Assembly: GCA_034433515.1 (NCBI GenBank)
Contig: DAOUAL010000021.1
Coordinates: 317-64,316, forward strand
From: Anaerolineae bacterium
GTDB lineage: Bacteria > Chloroflexota > Anaerolineae > UBA4142
Length of the DNA: 64,000 bases
Direction: 5' to 3'
Position 1 is the stretch's first letter; each line of letters begins with the position of its first letter. Below are positions 1 to 9,125 of this stretch, piece by piece. A program made the translations under genes and the position numbers. A model generated the notes under the pieces. The model saw only the letters and a program-made list of their open reading frames with translations, ran no database searches and had not been told where the DNA came from.

Positions 1-11
1 AAATTGTCTGG

Positions 12-650
12 TCAAACCCGCTTTGACTTGCGCTGGCTCAAACCGAGCAAACCCAGCACGATGCCGGCAGCCAGCCCAAACACAAACGCGCCACGCTGAT
101 CAAACAAGGTTCGCACATTACCGTTGAACTCGCGCGCCAAGACAATGCCCACAAATCCATTCTGGATTTCGACCTTTTGCGCCGCCATCACGGCTGCGCC
201 GCCTTGTCCTACTTGAATCGAATTGCGCGCGACCAGATATTGCGCGCCCCCGGCATCTACTTGGACATTCGTACCTAAGATCGCCACGGCACCTGCGCCG
301 GCAAGATGCATTTCTTCGGCACGCGCCAGCGCGATTGCCCCTTGCGTTACCTCAACGCGTTCGGCTTCCACCTGGGCAAACGTACTTTGCTTGGCGGTCA
401 ACGATGTCGCCGAAACATTCGCCATAGCAGATTGGGTGGCTGTAACGGACTTGGCGTCCACCGTGTTGGCAGCGCTTTGTGCCAGCGTAACTGTCTGGGC
501 AGTTACATCGTGCAAAGAACGAGAATGTAAATCGAGTTGCTCTTTCTCCTTGGCTGGCGTAACCACGAGAGTTGGGGTTACCGCTGGTTTAGCTGTTCGC
601 TTGCGACGCGGCGCACGTCGCTTACCTTCCGATTTTTCCAATTCTGGCAT
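12..650 (-). CDS. hypothetical repeat-rich protein with C-terminal membrane anchor
   Basis: 212-aa ORF. Basic N-terminus (KRRAPRRKRTAKP). Degenerate ~10-aa repeats (VTAQTVTLAQS / NTVDAKSVTATQS / NVSATSLTAKQS). C-terminal hydrophobic helix FVFGLAAGIVLGLLGL followed by RKSKR. No family recognised. Confidence 0.4.
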   Translation of the reverse strand: MPELEKSEGKRRAPRRKRTAKPAVTPTLVVTPAKEKEQLDLHSRSLHDVTAQTVTLAQSAANTVDAKSVTATQSAMANVSATSLTAKQSTFAQVEAERVEVTQGAIALARAEEMHLAGAGAVAILGTNVQVDAGGAQYLVARNSIQVGQGGAAVMAAQKVEIQNGFVGIVLAREFNGNVRTLFDQRGAFVFGLAAGIVLGLLGLSQRKSKRV

Positions 651-718
651 TTCAACCTCCCGGCGCAGCGATGCGACTCCGCTTCGCTCCGTCGCTCTAA
701 ACGCACTTGTTCGCTAAA

Positions 719-1993
719 CTATCCCACCGGTCCCGCAATGGCGAGAGCATAATTGTCAATCTGCGCATACTTTTGTGCAACCGCAAGAATTTGTTCCGCC
801 GTGATCGAGCGAATTAGGGTGGGATATCGTTGCAAATAGTCCAACCCCAACCCAAACAGTTCAATGTCGTTCAACATGGCGGCGACCCCTTCGTTGGTTT
901 CCAAACGCAAAGCGAGCGACCCCGTTACAAAATCTTTCGCCTCGTCCAATTCGTCTTTGGTAACTGGCTCAGTTCGCAAGCGTTTGATTTCGGCAAGGAT
1001 GCCTTCGATGGCGCGGTCAACGTTTTGCGGATTGACGCCGGCGTGAACTGCCCAAGGTCCAGCCCCCAGGTTCGCTTCGACGCCGCTATAGACATAGTAC
1101 GCTAAACCTTGCTTGTCACGCACGTTTGCGCCCAAGCGGCCGTACAAGCCCAGCCGACCAAAAATCAAATCGCCCAGACTGAGCGCGTAGAAATCCGGAT
1201 CGTTGCGGCGCACGCCGGGATAACCGAGCACAATGTCCGCCTGCATTTTGCCGGCAAGCGGCGTTACCTTCTGGACGATTTGTTTGAGGCGCGGCGCATC
1301 CGGAATCGAATGCGGAGCCGGTTCGCCTGTACCTTTCCACTTGCCCAGTTTCTTTTCGATTTTTTCGATCGCCTGCTCCGCCGTGACATCGCCAACGATC
1401 ACCAACGTTAAGACATCTGGGCGAAAATAACGCGCATGAAAATCCACGAGCGATTTGAGCGCAAGTTTCTTGACCGTCTCGACGCGTCCATCGGACAAGC
1501 GATGGTACGGATGCGAGGGGGGATAACACAAGGCGCGAAACTCACGATACGAAACATGTTGGGTGTCGTCATCGGCTTCTTTGAGATCAGCGAGAATATC
1601 CGAGCGTAGTTTTTCGACCTCGCGGCGCGGAAAGGTGGGGTGCATCAACACATCGGCAACAATATCCAGCAAGCGATCGAAATCTTCGATCAGCGATTTA
1701 CCGCTAATGCCAACCGTCTCCATTCCCGCGCCAATGCCAAACGATAGTCCATGGCGATCCAGTTCGGCATTCAATTTTTGAAACGTGCGTTTGCGGGTGC
1801 CACGTTGCAGCGCGGCAACTGCCAAGTGTGCCAATCCCGACGTCTGATCGGTATCGTAGAGACCACCCGCGCGCAACCGACCGCGCAAAGTTACTGAAGC
1901 ATTGGTGTGATTTTCTTTGACCAGAATCGTCAAGCCATTCGGGAGGACCGTTCGAGTAACCGTTTCAGGAGTGATGGGAATGATGGATGCCAT
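719..1993 (-). CDS. M16 (pitrilysin/insulinase) family peptidase, non-catalytic-type subunit
   Basis: 424-aa ORF with M16 two-domain layout. GLAHLAVAALQRGT occupies the place of the HxxEH zinc motif. ATG 1993 abuts the TAA (1994-1996) of the upstream M16 gene, as in a typical paired M16 operon. Confidence 0.8.
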   Translation of the reverse strand: MASIIPITPETVTRTVLPNGLTILVKENHTNASVTLRGRLRAGGLYDTDQTSGLAHLAVAALQRGTRKRTFQKLNAELDRHGLSFGIGAGMETVGISGKSLIEDFDRLLDIVADVLMHPTFPRREVEKLRSDILADLKEADDDTQHVSYREFRALCYPPSHPYHRLSDGRVETVKKLALKSLVDFHARYFRPDVLTLVIVGDVTAEQAIEKIEKKLGKWKGTGEPAPHSIPDAPRLKQIVQKVTPLAGKMQADIVLGYPGVRRNDPDFYALSLGDLIFGRLGLYGRLGANVRDKQGLAYYVYSGVEANLGAGPWAVHAGVNPQNVDRAIEGILAEIKRLRTEPVTKDELDEAKDFVTGSLALRLETNEGVAAMLNDIELFGLGLDYLQRYPTLIRSITAEQILAVAQKYAQIDNYALAIAGPVG

Positions 1994-3301
1994 TTATGTC
2001 CTCCCGCGTTTGGTTGTTGCTGGTTTACCATTTGTGGGGATAAACCAACCCACCGTTCGGTTCGTTTCAGCAAAATATTTTGCCGCCACACGCATCACGT
2101 CTGATTTCTTGACTTGGACCAAAGCATCCAAGAATGTGGCGTAGCGTTTGTACGAGTCCATGATCTCCCATTGTCCCAGCCAATATCCCAGATTCATCAC
2201 ACCATCGGTTGCGTACACGAATTGCGCTTTCACTTGCTTGACGACCTGTGCCAATTCTTGATCGGTAACCGGTTTGGTTGCAATTTTTTCCAGTTCTGCA
2301 AAAATCGTGCGCTCCACTTTTTCGATGGGGACGCCCGGGCGCACCGTTGCCTCCACATCAATCGAACCTGGGTCCAACGTGGCGCGAAAACTGCAACTCA
2401 CGTCTGTTGCCAAACCGGTCTCGACCAATGCTCGATACAAGCGTGATGAGCGTCCCGGACTGGCGCCGCCGGCAAAACTCATTCCACCCACACCCGACAA
2501 AATACCTGCGAGAACAAAAGCGGGAAAGAAATCCGGGTCGCTGGCTTTGGGCGCGTGATACAAGGCGTGAAAATAGGCAAGTGGACCTGGTCGCTTCAAG
2601 GTTACACGCCGCTCACCTTCTTGCGGCGGCTCAACACTAGTTACCGGCGGAATGTCCTTGCCGCGCGGAATCTTGCCAAACGTTTCTTGAATCTTGGCAA
2701 GCATGGTATCGGCATCCAAATCGCCTGCGACAACGATGATCGCATTGTTCGGCACATAGTAGGTTTTATAGTGTTGATACAATTGATCCCGCGTCATGGT
2801 TTGCAAATCAGTTTTCCAACCAATCGTATCGTGATGATATGGATGCACCATAAACGCCAGGGCTTGGACTTGTTCGCTCAACAAAAAGCGCGGCTCATTC
2901 TCCGCGCCTTCGCGTTCGGAAATGATGACGGTGCGCTCGCTGTTGACTTCGTCAGGATCGAACAAGGCATTCACCATGCGATCCGATTCGATGCGCAACG
3001 CCAGATCAATGCGATCGCTGGGTAAGAGTTCAAAGTAGGTGGTAAAATCCATCGAAGTGAAGGCATTGTCCACGCCGCCGTTGCGATTGATGAGATGCAT
3101 AATCTCGCCTTTGCCTAATGTGGGCGTGCCTTTGAACATCATATGTTCGACCCAATGCGAGATGCCAGTGATGCCCGGCACTTCGTTGCGCGATCCCACG
3201 CGATACCAAATCCAAAACGTAGCCACCGGCGCACTATGCACCGGCACAAGCAAAACCATCAATCCATTATCCACCCATGCTTCACGAATCTCATTGTTCA
3301 T
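1994..3301 (-). CDS. M16 family zinc peptidase, catalytic-type subunit
   Basis: HxxEH zinc motif present (GISHWVEHMMFKG). Start placed at ATG 3301 (MNNEIREAW) because GAAGGAG lies 5 nt upstream. The ORF-track start at 3325 would overlap the preceding gene. Confidence 0.85.
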   Translation of the reverse strand: MNNEIREAWVDNGLMVLLVPVHSAPVATFWIWYRVGSRNEVPGITGISHWVEHMMFKGTPTLGKGEIMHLINRNGGVDNAFTSMDFTTYFELLPSDRIDLALRIESDRMVNALFDPDEVNSERTVIISEREGAENEPRFLLSEQVQALAFMVHPYHHDTIGWKTDLQTMTRDQLYQHYKTYYVPNNAIIVVAGDLDADTMLAKIQETFGKIPRGKDIPPVTSVEPPQEGERRVTLKRPGPLAYFHALYHAPKASDPDFFPAFVLAGILSGVGGMSFAGGASPGRSSRLYRALVETGLATDVSCSFRATLDPGSIDVEATVRPGVPIEKVERTIFAELEKIATKPVTDQELAQVVKQVKAQFVYATDGVMNLGYWLGQWEIMDSYKRYATFLDALVQVKKSDVMRVAAKYFAETNRTVGWFIPTNGKPATTKRGRT

Positions 3302-3321
3302 CAATGCTCCTTCTTCGCACA

Positions 3322-4155
3322 TCATTTCACGATAAAAAGAATCTTTGAATGTGCAATATAGGGTTTTTTGTCATAGACAAAAGATACCTCATCAAAAGTC
3401 ACAGTTGCATCAAAGAACTTTTTCACCGCTTTGGCAATGCCATGGAAATCACGCTTGAGTTTCCAGGTTTCAGCCGGATGTTCGGAATCTACCATAATGA
3501 GGAACAGCCGATTGTTAGCACCAAACCTTTGCGCTCCTTGCAACCGGTAGAGATACTCTTCTGCCATCACAGGATTCTTCACCGCATCTTCAAGGGTGTA
3601 TCCGTCTTTGAACCATTCCCGTGGCAAGTTGGTGTGTTTCAGATCCCACGGTTGGCCCAGCCAGAACAAATCTGTCTCTTTCACTTTCTTGATGGTCGGC
3701 ACAACAGCCGGATGTTCTGCGATAATGTCCTCAATGACGACCGTGGTCCAATGATTGTACCAGGTTGCAAGAACATAATTTGTGACCGTCGGTTGCAGGT
3801 TCTGTGTAACCGCCTTCAACAATTCGTCATAGTGATAGAACCTACGCACATAATTTGCCTGAATGTGCCGATCCAGTTCGCCTTGCACGGCACCCCAAAC
3901 ATGCGTCTCGACTCTCGATACCTCACGCTGAATGTCATCATGCGTGTAACCACGCTGCATTTTTACTTGGCGATAAGTGCTACGAATGAAATCATCAATG
4001 ACTGTCTGTGATACTTGGGCACGCAATAAACGGACGATAAGCTCTGCCGCTCTTCCTTTCGTTGAGATGCCAACTCGCTCACACAGACCGCGCAGATACA
4101 CCAAAGGAAGCGTTTGCAACTTGCGATTAGAGACCTGTTCAGGCGAGAATATCAT
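3322..4155 (-). CDS. candidate type II restriction endonuclease (SAP-like N-terminus, PD-DxK-like core)
   Basis: Start ATG 4155-4153 overlaps the methyltransferase stop TGA 4154-4152 (ATGA coupling). N-terminal SAP-like helix-extended-helix (LVYLRGLCERVGISTKGRAAELIVRLL). Possible nuclease motif ETD-x8-DLK (KETDLFWLGQPWDLKHT). AT-rich relative to flanks. No named family recognised by eye. Confidence 0.5.
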   Translation of the reverse strand: MIFSPEQVSNRKLQTLPLVYLRGLCERVGISTKGRAAELIVRLLRAQVSQTVIDDFIRSTYRQVKMQRGYTHDDIQREVSRVETHVWGAVQGELDRHIQANYVRRFYHYDELLKAVTQNLQPTVTNYVLATWYNHWTTVVIEDIIAEHPAVVPTIKKVKETDLFWLGQPWDLKHTNLPREWFKDGYTLEDAVKNPVMAEEYLYRLQGAQRFGANNRLFLIMVDSEHPAETWKLKRDFHGIAKAVKKFFDATVTFDEVSFVYDKKPYIAHSKILFIVK

Positions 4156-5132
4156 GCCTTGTTCCCTTTGGACTTTTGAAAAAACATTACATACTCGTGC
4201 TTGAAGATGTAAAATCCGCCGGCTAATGCGCGCCGTCGCCAAAAATGATCCAGATTGCGCTTGGCGCGCGTATTCACAATATTCTTAACCACAATACTTT
4301 TCAAACGGTAGCCGCATTCAAGGACTCGCTGCATTGTATAAAAACCAAGCGGGACCCACTCTCCTTTGCTATACTTGTCACCGATGACTACAACGAGAAA
4401 GTGGTTCTCCTCAAGAAGCGGATAACTGGCTTTCACGACATGCCCGAAGGCGTCCAGAAAATCTTCCAGACGAGTAGCGTTGCACAAGTCGCGAGGATCA
4501 TCACTGAATTTGATGATATCGTGGTATGGCGGATGCATGATAACCAGTTGCACTTGCTTACGCTCGTGCTGTGCTAGCACTTGGCGTACCTGTTCAAAGG
4601 TTTGCGCTTGGGTGCTATCACCCACCACAACATCCGTCCATACGTTGAATTGATTTGTTTCCGCCTCAATCTTCTTGCGGCTTTCTTCAGCAACGCCTGG
4701 AATTAACTCGATTCCAATTCCATTTCGACCCAATTGTCGGCACTCGATGAGAGTCGTTCCACTGCCCAAGAAGGTATCTAAAACAGTATCACCCATTTTC
4801 GTGTAACGCATCATCGCTTGATAGGGGATTTGCGGAATGAAATTGCCGTGATACTCTCCATTGTGCATGCCCTCTTTGTCACGCGCCCCAATCAGCCAAA
4901 GACTATCCGTAATGATTTGCTTGTATTCCGACCACCGATTCAGGTCAATATCATTGAATGGATTGGTCTTGGGCGGCAAATTAGACCCTCCGGGCTCTTT
5001 GGTTTTGACCGGCGCCTGCCACAAACCCGGTTGAGCGGCATCCGATTCACGCACGATCTCAACTAGATCGTCTATCTTGTAAATTGGATTTGACTCACTC
5101 GGTTTGGGTGTAACTTTCTTCTTGCGTGGCAT
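4152..5132 (-). CDS. DNA methyltransferase (N6-adenine or N4-cytosine type, PF01555-like blocks in permuted order)
   Basis: AdoMet motif I block IPYQAMMRYTKMGDTVLDTFLGSGTTLIECRQLGRNGIGIELIP. About 80 residues later, catalytic motif IV LVIMHPPY, then the IVVKN...FKHEYVMFFQK block. Start placed at ATG 5132 (MPRKKKV) with AAGGGG upstream; the ORF-track start is 5165. Confidence 0.75.
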   Translation of the reverse strand: MPRKKKVTPKPSESNPIYKIDDLVEIVRESDAAQPGLWQAPVKTKEPGGSNLPPKTNPFNDIDLNRWSEYKQIITDSLWLIGARDKEGMHNGEYHGNFIPQIPYQAMMRYTKMGDTVLDTFLGSGTTLIECRQLGRNGIGIELIPGVAEESRKKIEAETNQFNVWTDVVVGDSTQAQTFEQVRQVLAQHERKQVQLVIMHPPYHDIIKFSDDPRDLCNATRLEDFLDAFGHVVKASYPLLEENHFLVVVIGDKYSKGEWVPLGFYTMQRVLECGYRLKSIVVKNIVNTRAKRNLDHFWRRRALAGGFYIFKHEYVMFFQKSKGNKA

Positions 5133-5165
5133 GCTAATTTTCCCCTTTCTCGAACGACGGCGCAC

Positions 5166-6152
5166 TCAAATTCCCATCACCTTGTTCAACGCGCGCACCG
5201 CTTCACCCGACTTTTGCAGCGCGGCGAGTTCATCGGCGTTGAGATCAAGTTTGATGATTTCTTCGATGCCGCGCGAACCCAGTTTGACCGGCACCCCGGC
5301 ATAGACACCGCTGATCCCGTACTCCCCTTCCAAATAAGCGATGCACGGCAAAATTTTCTTCTTGTCCAAGAGGATCGCATCCACCATTTCAACGACCGCT
5401 GCGCTAGGCGCATAGTACGCCGAACCGGTCTTGAAGAGATTCACCACTTCAGCGCCGCCATCTTTGGTGCGTTGCACCAAGGCGGCAATTTTTTCTTTGG
5501 GCAAGAGTTCGGTCAAGGGAACGCCCGCCACAGTCGTGTAACGCGGTAACGGCACCATTTGATCACCATGCGCGCCCAACACATACGCATCCACATTCTG
5601 CACCGAGACGCCCAACTCTTCAGCGATGAATGTGCGGAAACGCGCGCTATCGAGCACGCCGGCTTGGCCCATGACACGCGACTTGGGGAACTGGGTGACG
5701 TGCCACATCAATTGCGTCATCGCATCCACCGGATTTGTCACAACGATGACGATGGCTGAGGGCGCATACTTGGCAATATGTTCCGCCCAACTCGCCACGA
5801 TTTTTTGATTGGTCAAGATCAAATCGTCGCGGCTCATCCCGGGTTTGCGTGCAATCCCGGCGGTCATTATCACGATGTCCGAATCGGCAATCTTTTCTGC
5901 GCCAACGCCCGGTTGTTCAACCAACTTGGCAGTGGCGTAATCATAACGCATCGTCTTGCCAACGGTATAACCGTTGATATTCACGTCGTACCCCAAGATC
6001 GGTCCCGCCTCCCTCAAATCAAGCGCGACCCCCTCAGCCACAAATTCGACGACGTCCATCACCACGAGATCGGCATAGTTTCGTTCTGCCAACCGTTGTG
6101 CCGTCGTCGAACCGACTTTACCCGCGCCAATCACGGTGATTTTTTTACGCAT
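5166..6152 (-). CDS. mdh: malate dehydrogenase (LDH-like family)
   Basis: Rossmann N-terminus [12 protein letters not shown]. Substrate/catalytic region [13 protein letters not shown]. 328 aa, with full-length LDH/MDH similarity. Confidence 0.9.
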   Translation of the reverse strand: MRKKITVIGAGKVGSTTAQRLAERNYADLVVMDVVEFVAEGVALDLREAGPILGYDVNINGYTVGKTMRYDYATAKLVEQPGVGAEKIADSDIVIMTAGIARKPGMSRDDLILTNQKIVASWAEHIAKYAPSAIVIVVTNPVDAMTQLMWHVTQFPKSRVMGQAGVLDSARFRTFIAEELGVSVQNVDAYVLGAHGDQMVPLPRYTTVAGVPLTELLPKEKIAALVQRTKDGGAEVVNLFKTGSAYYAPSAAVVEMVDAILLDKKKILPCIAYLEGEYGISGVYAGVPVKLGSRGIEEIIKLDLNADELAALQKSGEAVRALNKVMGI

Positions 6153-6250
6153 ACGTGTCTCTCCTTCCGATAGATGATAACAGAACGCGGGTCAGAAGCA
6201 CTCACTTCTGACCCATCGTTCTTCTTACACGCCGTCTCTGGACCTTGCGC

Positions 6251-6571
6251 TCATTTGCGATGATTGATTTTTGAAGCGCAAAGATAAACTACGGGACCAT
6301 TCCCATTCACATCCGCCCAATGGGGGGTATCCGCCGGCAAATCCAAACGATCGCCTGGTCCCAGCACAATCTCTTCGCCGGTTTCAGGTAACCCAATCCG
6401 CAACTTGCCGCGCACCACCACACGCACTTCCGGGTACTCGTGCGTATGAACCGGGTACACCGTGCCGGAGGGATCCGTCCACTCGGATACCGATAACCCT
6501 TCACCCGTCAGGGCGCTCCGCAGTGCCTCCAGAGACGGCGCTGTCTCTTTGTTCCAACGGGTCAATCGCAT
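6251..6571 (-). CDS. cupin domain protein
   Basis: 106 aa with two-motif cupin barrel (VHTHEYPEVRVVVRGKLRI and GDRLDLPADTPHWA). Confidence 0.7.
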   Translation of the reverse strand: MRLTRWNKETAPSLEALRSALTGEGLSVSEWTDPSGTVYPVHTHEYPEVRVVVRGKLRIGLPETGEEIVLGPGDRLDLPADTPHWADVNGNGPVVYLCASKINHRK

Positions 6572-6668
6572 TTCACCCCCTCGATTCGATCCAAATGAAT
6601 TACCGCTCTACCACAACGGCGATTGAATTTTACAACGGAGCCAACACTCTGTCAATCAGGCAAATCTC

Positions 6669-7973
6669 TTATTTTATCCCGGCGATTTCTTCCAACATCG
6701 CGGTCGTCAACGATTTGGGCCGCTCGATGGGTTGACCGAGCGCGCGTGCCCACACCGCATTCGCGGTTACACCGAGCGCGCGCCCCACCCCAAACAACAC
6801 GGTGTAGAAATCGAACTCGCGGATACCATAGTGATATTGCAATGTGCCACTGATCGCATCCACATTGGGCCATGGATTCTTGACTTTGCCGGTTGCTTTT
6901 AACACATCTGGGATCGTCTGATAAACGAGTTCCGCGAGTCGGAACAAATCATCGTTCGGCAAATATTTTTTCCCAAACTCGTACTGCGCGACAAAACGCG
7001 GGTCAGGGGTACGCAAGACGGCATGGCCGTACCCGGGAATCACCTTGCCCGCCGCGAGGGTTTCGTGGGCATACTGGGTGAGTTCTTCTTTCGAGGGCAC
7101 GCGACCAAATTTTTTATACACTCCCAGCAACCACCCCAGACATTCTTGATTGGCTAGACCATGCAACGGACCCGCCAAGCCATTCAGCCCCGCCGAGAAC
7201 GCATAATAAATATCCGAAAGCGCCGAGCCGATGAGATGAACGGCGTGTGCACTCACATTACCACTTTCGTGATCAGAGTGCAAAATAAAATAGAGACGCG
7301 AAAGGTCTTCATACTCCGGGTTTTGGACGCCCATCATTCGTGCAAAGTTGCCGCCCCAATCGAGATTCGAATCGGGAACATAGACTTCGCACTTTGGGTA
7401 TTTGAGGCAATAGATCGTCGCGGCAATTTCCGGCAGTTTCGCAATCAAATTCATACTGTCTTCCAGCATGGGAATCCAGTATTCCTCTTTTTTCATTCCT
7501 GCGCTGTACCGTTTGGCAAACACCGAGGAAGGTTGTAGCGCCAACACCGCCATCGAAAACAGTGTCATGGGGTGCGTGTCTTCGGGCATCCCGCGCAAAA
7601 CATTGACGACATGTTGAGGAACGAACGAACGCGCCTTCCATTCGGCTTCCACTTGTTGGGCTTGCTCAGCCGTAGGAATTTCGCCGGTCAAAAGGAGATA
7701 GTACAGTCCACCCACATAGGGCACGGTTGCCCCCGGTGGCTTGGGCAATTTCTCGAGTACTTCTGGGATAGTAAATCCGCGAAAACGAATACCGGTCTGC
7801 GGATCAACATACGAAATATCGGTAACCAATCCCTCAATGTCGCGCATTCCACCATAAATTTGCTTAATCGTGATGGTACCGACCTGCGTATTGCCGTACT
7901 CTTTGGTGAGTTTTCGGACGCGCTCACGCCATTCCGGGAGCCGCGCCGCAATTTGGTCTTGTAGTTGCATCAT
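6669..7973 (-). CDS. gltA: citrate synthase
   Basis: 434 aa. Citrate synthase signatures HSDHESGNVSAH and GYGHAVLRTPDPR. Confidence 0.9.
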   Translation of the reverse strand: MMQLQDQIAARLPEWRERVRKLTKEYGNTQVGTITIKQIYGGMRDIEGLVTDISYVDPQTGIRFRGFTIPEVLEKLPKPPGATVPYVGGLYYLLLTGEIPTAEQAQQVEAEWKARSFVPQHVVNVLRGMPEDTHPMTLFSMAVLALQPSSVFAKRYSAGMKKEEYWIPMLEDSMNLIAKLPEIAATIYCLKYPKCEVYVPDSNLDWGGNFARMMGVQNPEYEDLSRLYFILHSDHESGNVSAHAVHLIGSALSDIYYAFSAGLNGLAGPLHGLANQECLGWLLGVYKKFGRVPSKEELTQYAHETLAAGKVIPGYGHAVLRTPDPRFVAQYEFGKKYLPNDDLFRLAELVYQTIPDVLKATGKVKNPWPNVDAISGTLQYHYGIREFDFYTVLFGVGRALGVTANAVWARALGQPIERPKSLTTAMLEEIAGIK

Positions 7974-8012
7974 GACATCCTCCGCTGTTTAGATTCCAAA
8001 ACGCCGCAAAAG

Positions 8013-8984
8013 TTACACGCGCCCGGCTTCTTCTGCTTTGACTCGTTGCAACGCCGCGACGGCGACCTCAATCATCCGGTCGTCCGGCTCGCGCGTGGTC
8101 AACGATTGCAACCACAAACTGGGTTTAACCACGAGCCAATCCAGAATCGGATTGCTCCGATGCGCGGAACTAAACTTGATCAACTCGTAACTGAGCGCAG
8201 CAACCACGGGGATGAGCAGCACCCGTGAGGCGATCCGAATGAGCATTGGCGGTTGACCCAGTAACGCAAACACAAAAATCGAAACGACGACGACGGTGAG
8301 TAGAAAGCCGGTGCCACAACGAGGATGCTCTTTGCTGTAGGTCTGGATAATTTCCGGCTTCAACTCTGCCCCGGCTTCATCCGCTGCAATCGTCTTGTGT
8401 TCCGCGCCGTGATATTGAAACACTCGGCGAATATCCGGCATCAAACTGATCACTCCGATATAACCCAAAAAGATGACCAATCGAATCACGCCTTCCAAAA
8501 GATTACTGACCAAAGCCCCTGCCTCAGAGAATTGCGCGTTGAGATAAGGATCAATCAAGCCGACCAATCCCAGCGGCCCCACAAAAAACAAACCAATGCC
8601 AAAGGTTAACGAGACAGCCAGCGTCCCCAGCGCAACGCCAGTCGGCAAAGCCGGGGGTGTATCCGCCGCACGACTTGATTCGGCTAGCGCATCTTTTTTT
8701 GTCTCATCGGCAACGGCAATGTTAGCCGAATGCAACAACATCTTGGTACCTAGCACCAATGTGTCCCATAAAATCGTCCCGGCACGCAAGAACGGAATCT
8801 TGGACCATACCCCGTTGTAGATCGCCGGCGAAATCGGTTCAACGATGGAAACGATTTCGCCTTGGGGATCGCGCACTGCACACGCCACAAAGCGGCGACC
8901 GCGCATCATCACCCCTTCAATCACGGCTTGGCCGCCATACAAAATCTTGTCGCTCACCGTTTCTGACCTCGTTGCAAAGTGCAA
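8013..8984 (-). CDS. DUF1385 family membrane protein
   Basis: N-terminal YGGQAVIEGVMMRG motif and multi-helix hydrophobic C-half with FQYHGAEHK, as in DUF1385 proteins. Confidence 0.75.
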   Translation of the reverse strand: MHFATRSETVSDKILYGGQAVIEGVMMRGRRFVACAVRDPQGEIVSIVEPISPAIYNGVWSKIPFLRAGTILWDTLVLGTKMLLHSANIAVADETKKDALAESSRAADTPPALPTGVALGTLAVSLTFGIGLFFVGPLGLVGLIDPYLNAQFSEAGALVSNLLEGVIRLVIFLGYIGVISLMPDIRRVFQYHGAEHKTIAADEAGAELKPEIIQTYSKEHPRCGTGFLLTVVVVSIFVFALLGQPPMLIRIASRVLLIPVVAALSYELIKFSSAHRSNPILDWLVVKPSLWLQSLTTREPDDRMIEVAVAALQRVKAEEAGRV

Positions 8985-9069
8985 CGATTTTACACGAGAG
9001 GTAGCCCACTGTCAATTCGCTTTGCGTTTTCGCCGCTTATAAGTCATCAACACGAGTTTCAAAATACTT

Positions 9070-9098
9070 TTGACACACCTTGCCCCCTATGGTATTAT
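9070..9098 (+). promoter_or_regulatory. sigma-70-type promoter upstream of lon
   Basis: TTGACA (9070-9075), 17-nt spacer, TATTAT (9093-9098). It lies 28 nt upstream of the lon ATG, with GGAG in between. Confidence 0.5.
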
Positions 9099-9125
9099 TG
9101 CGCTGAATGAAGGTAGGAGTAGTGA

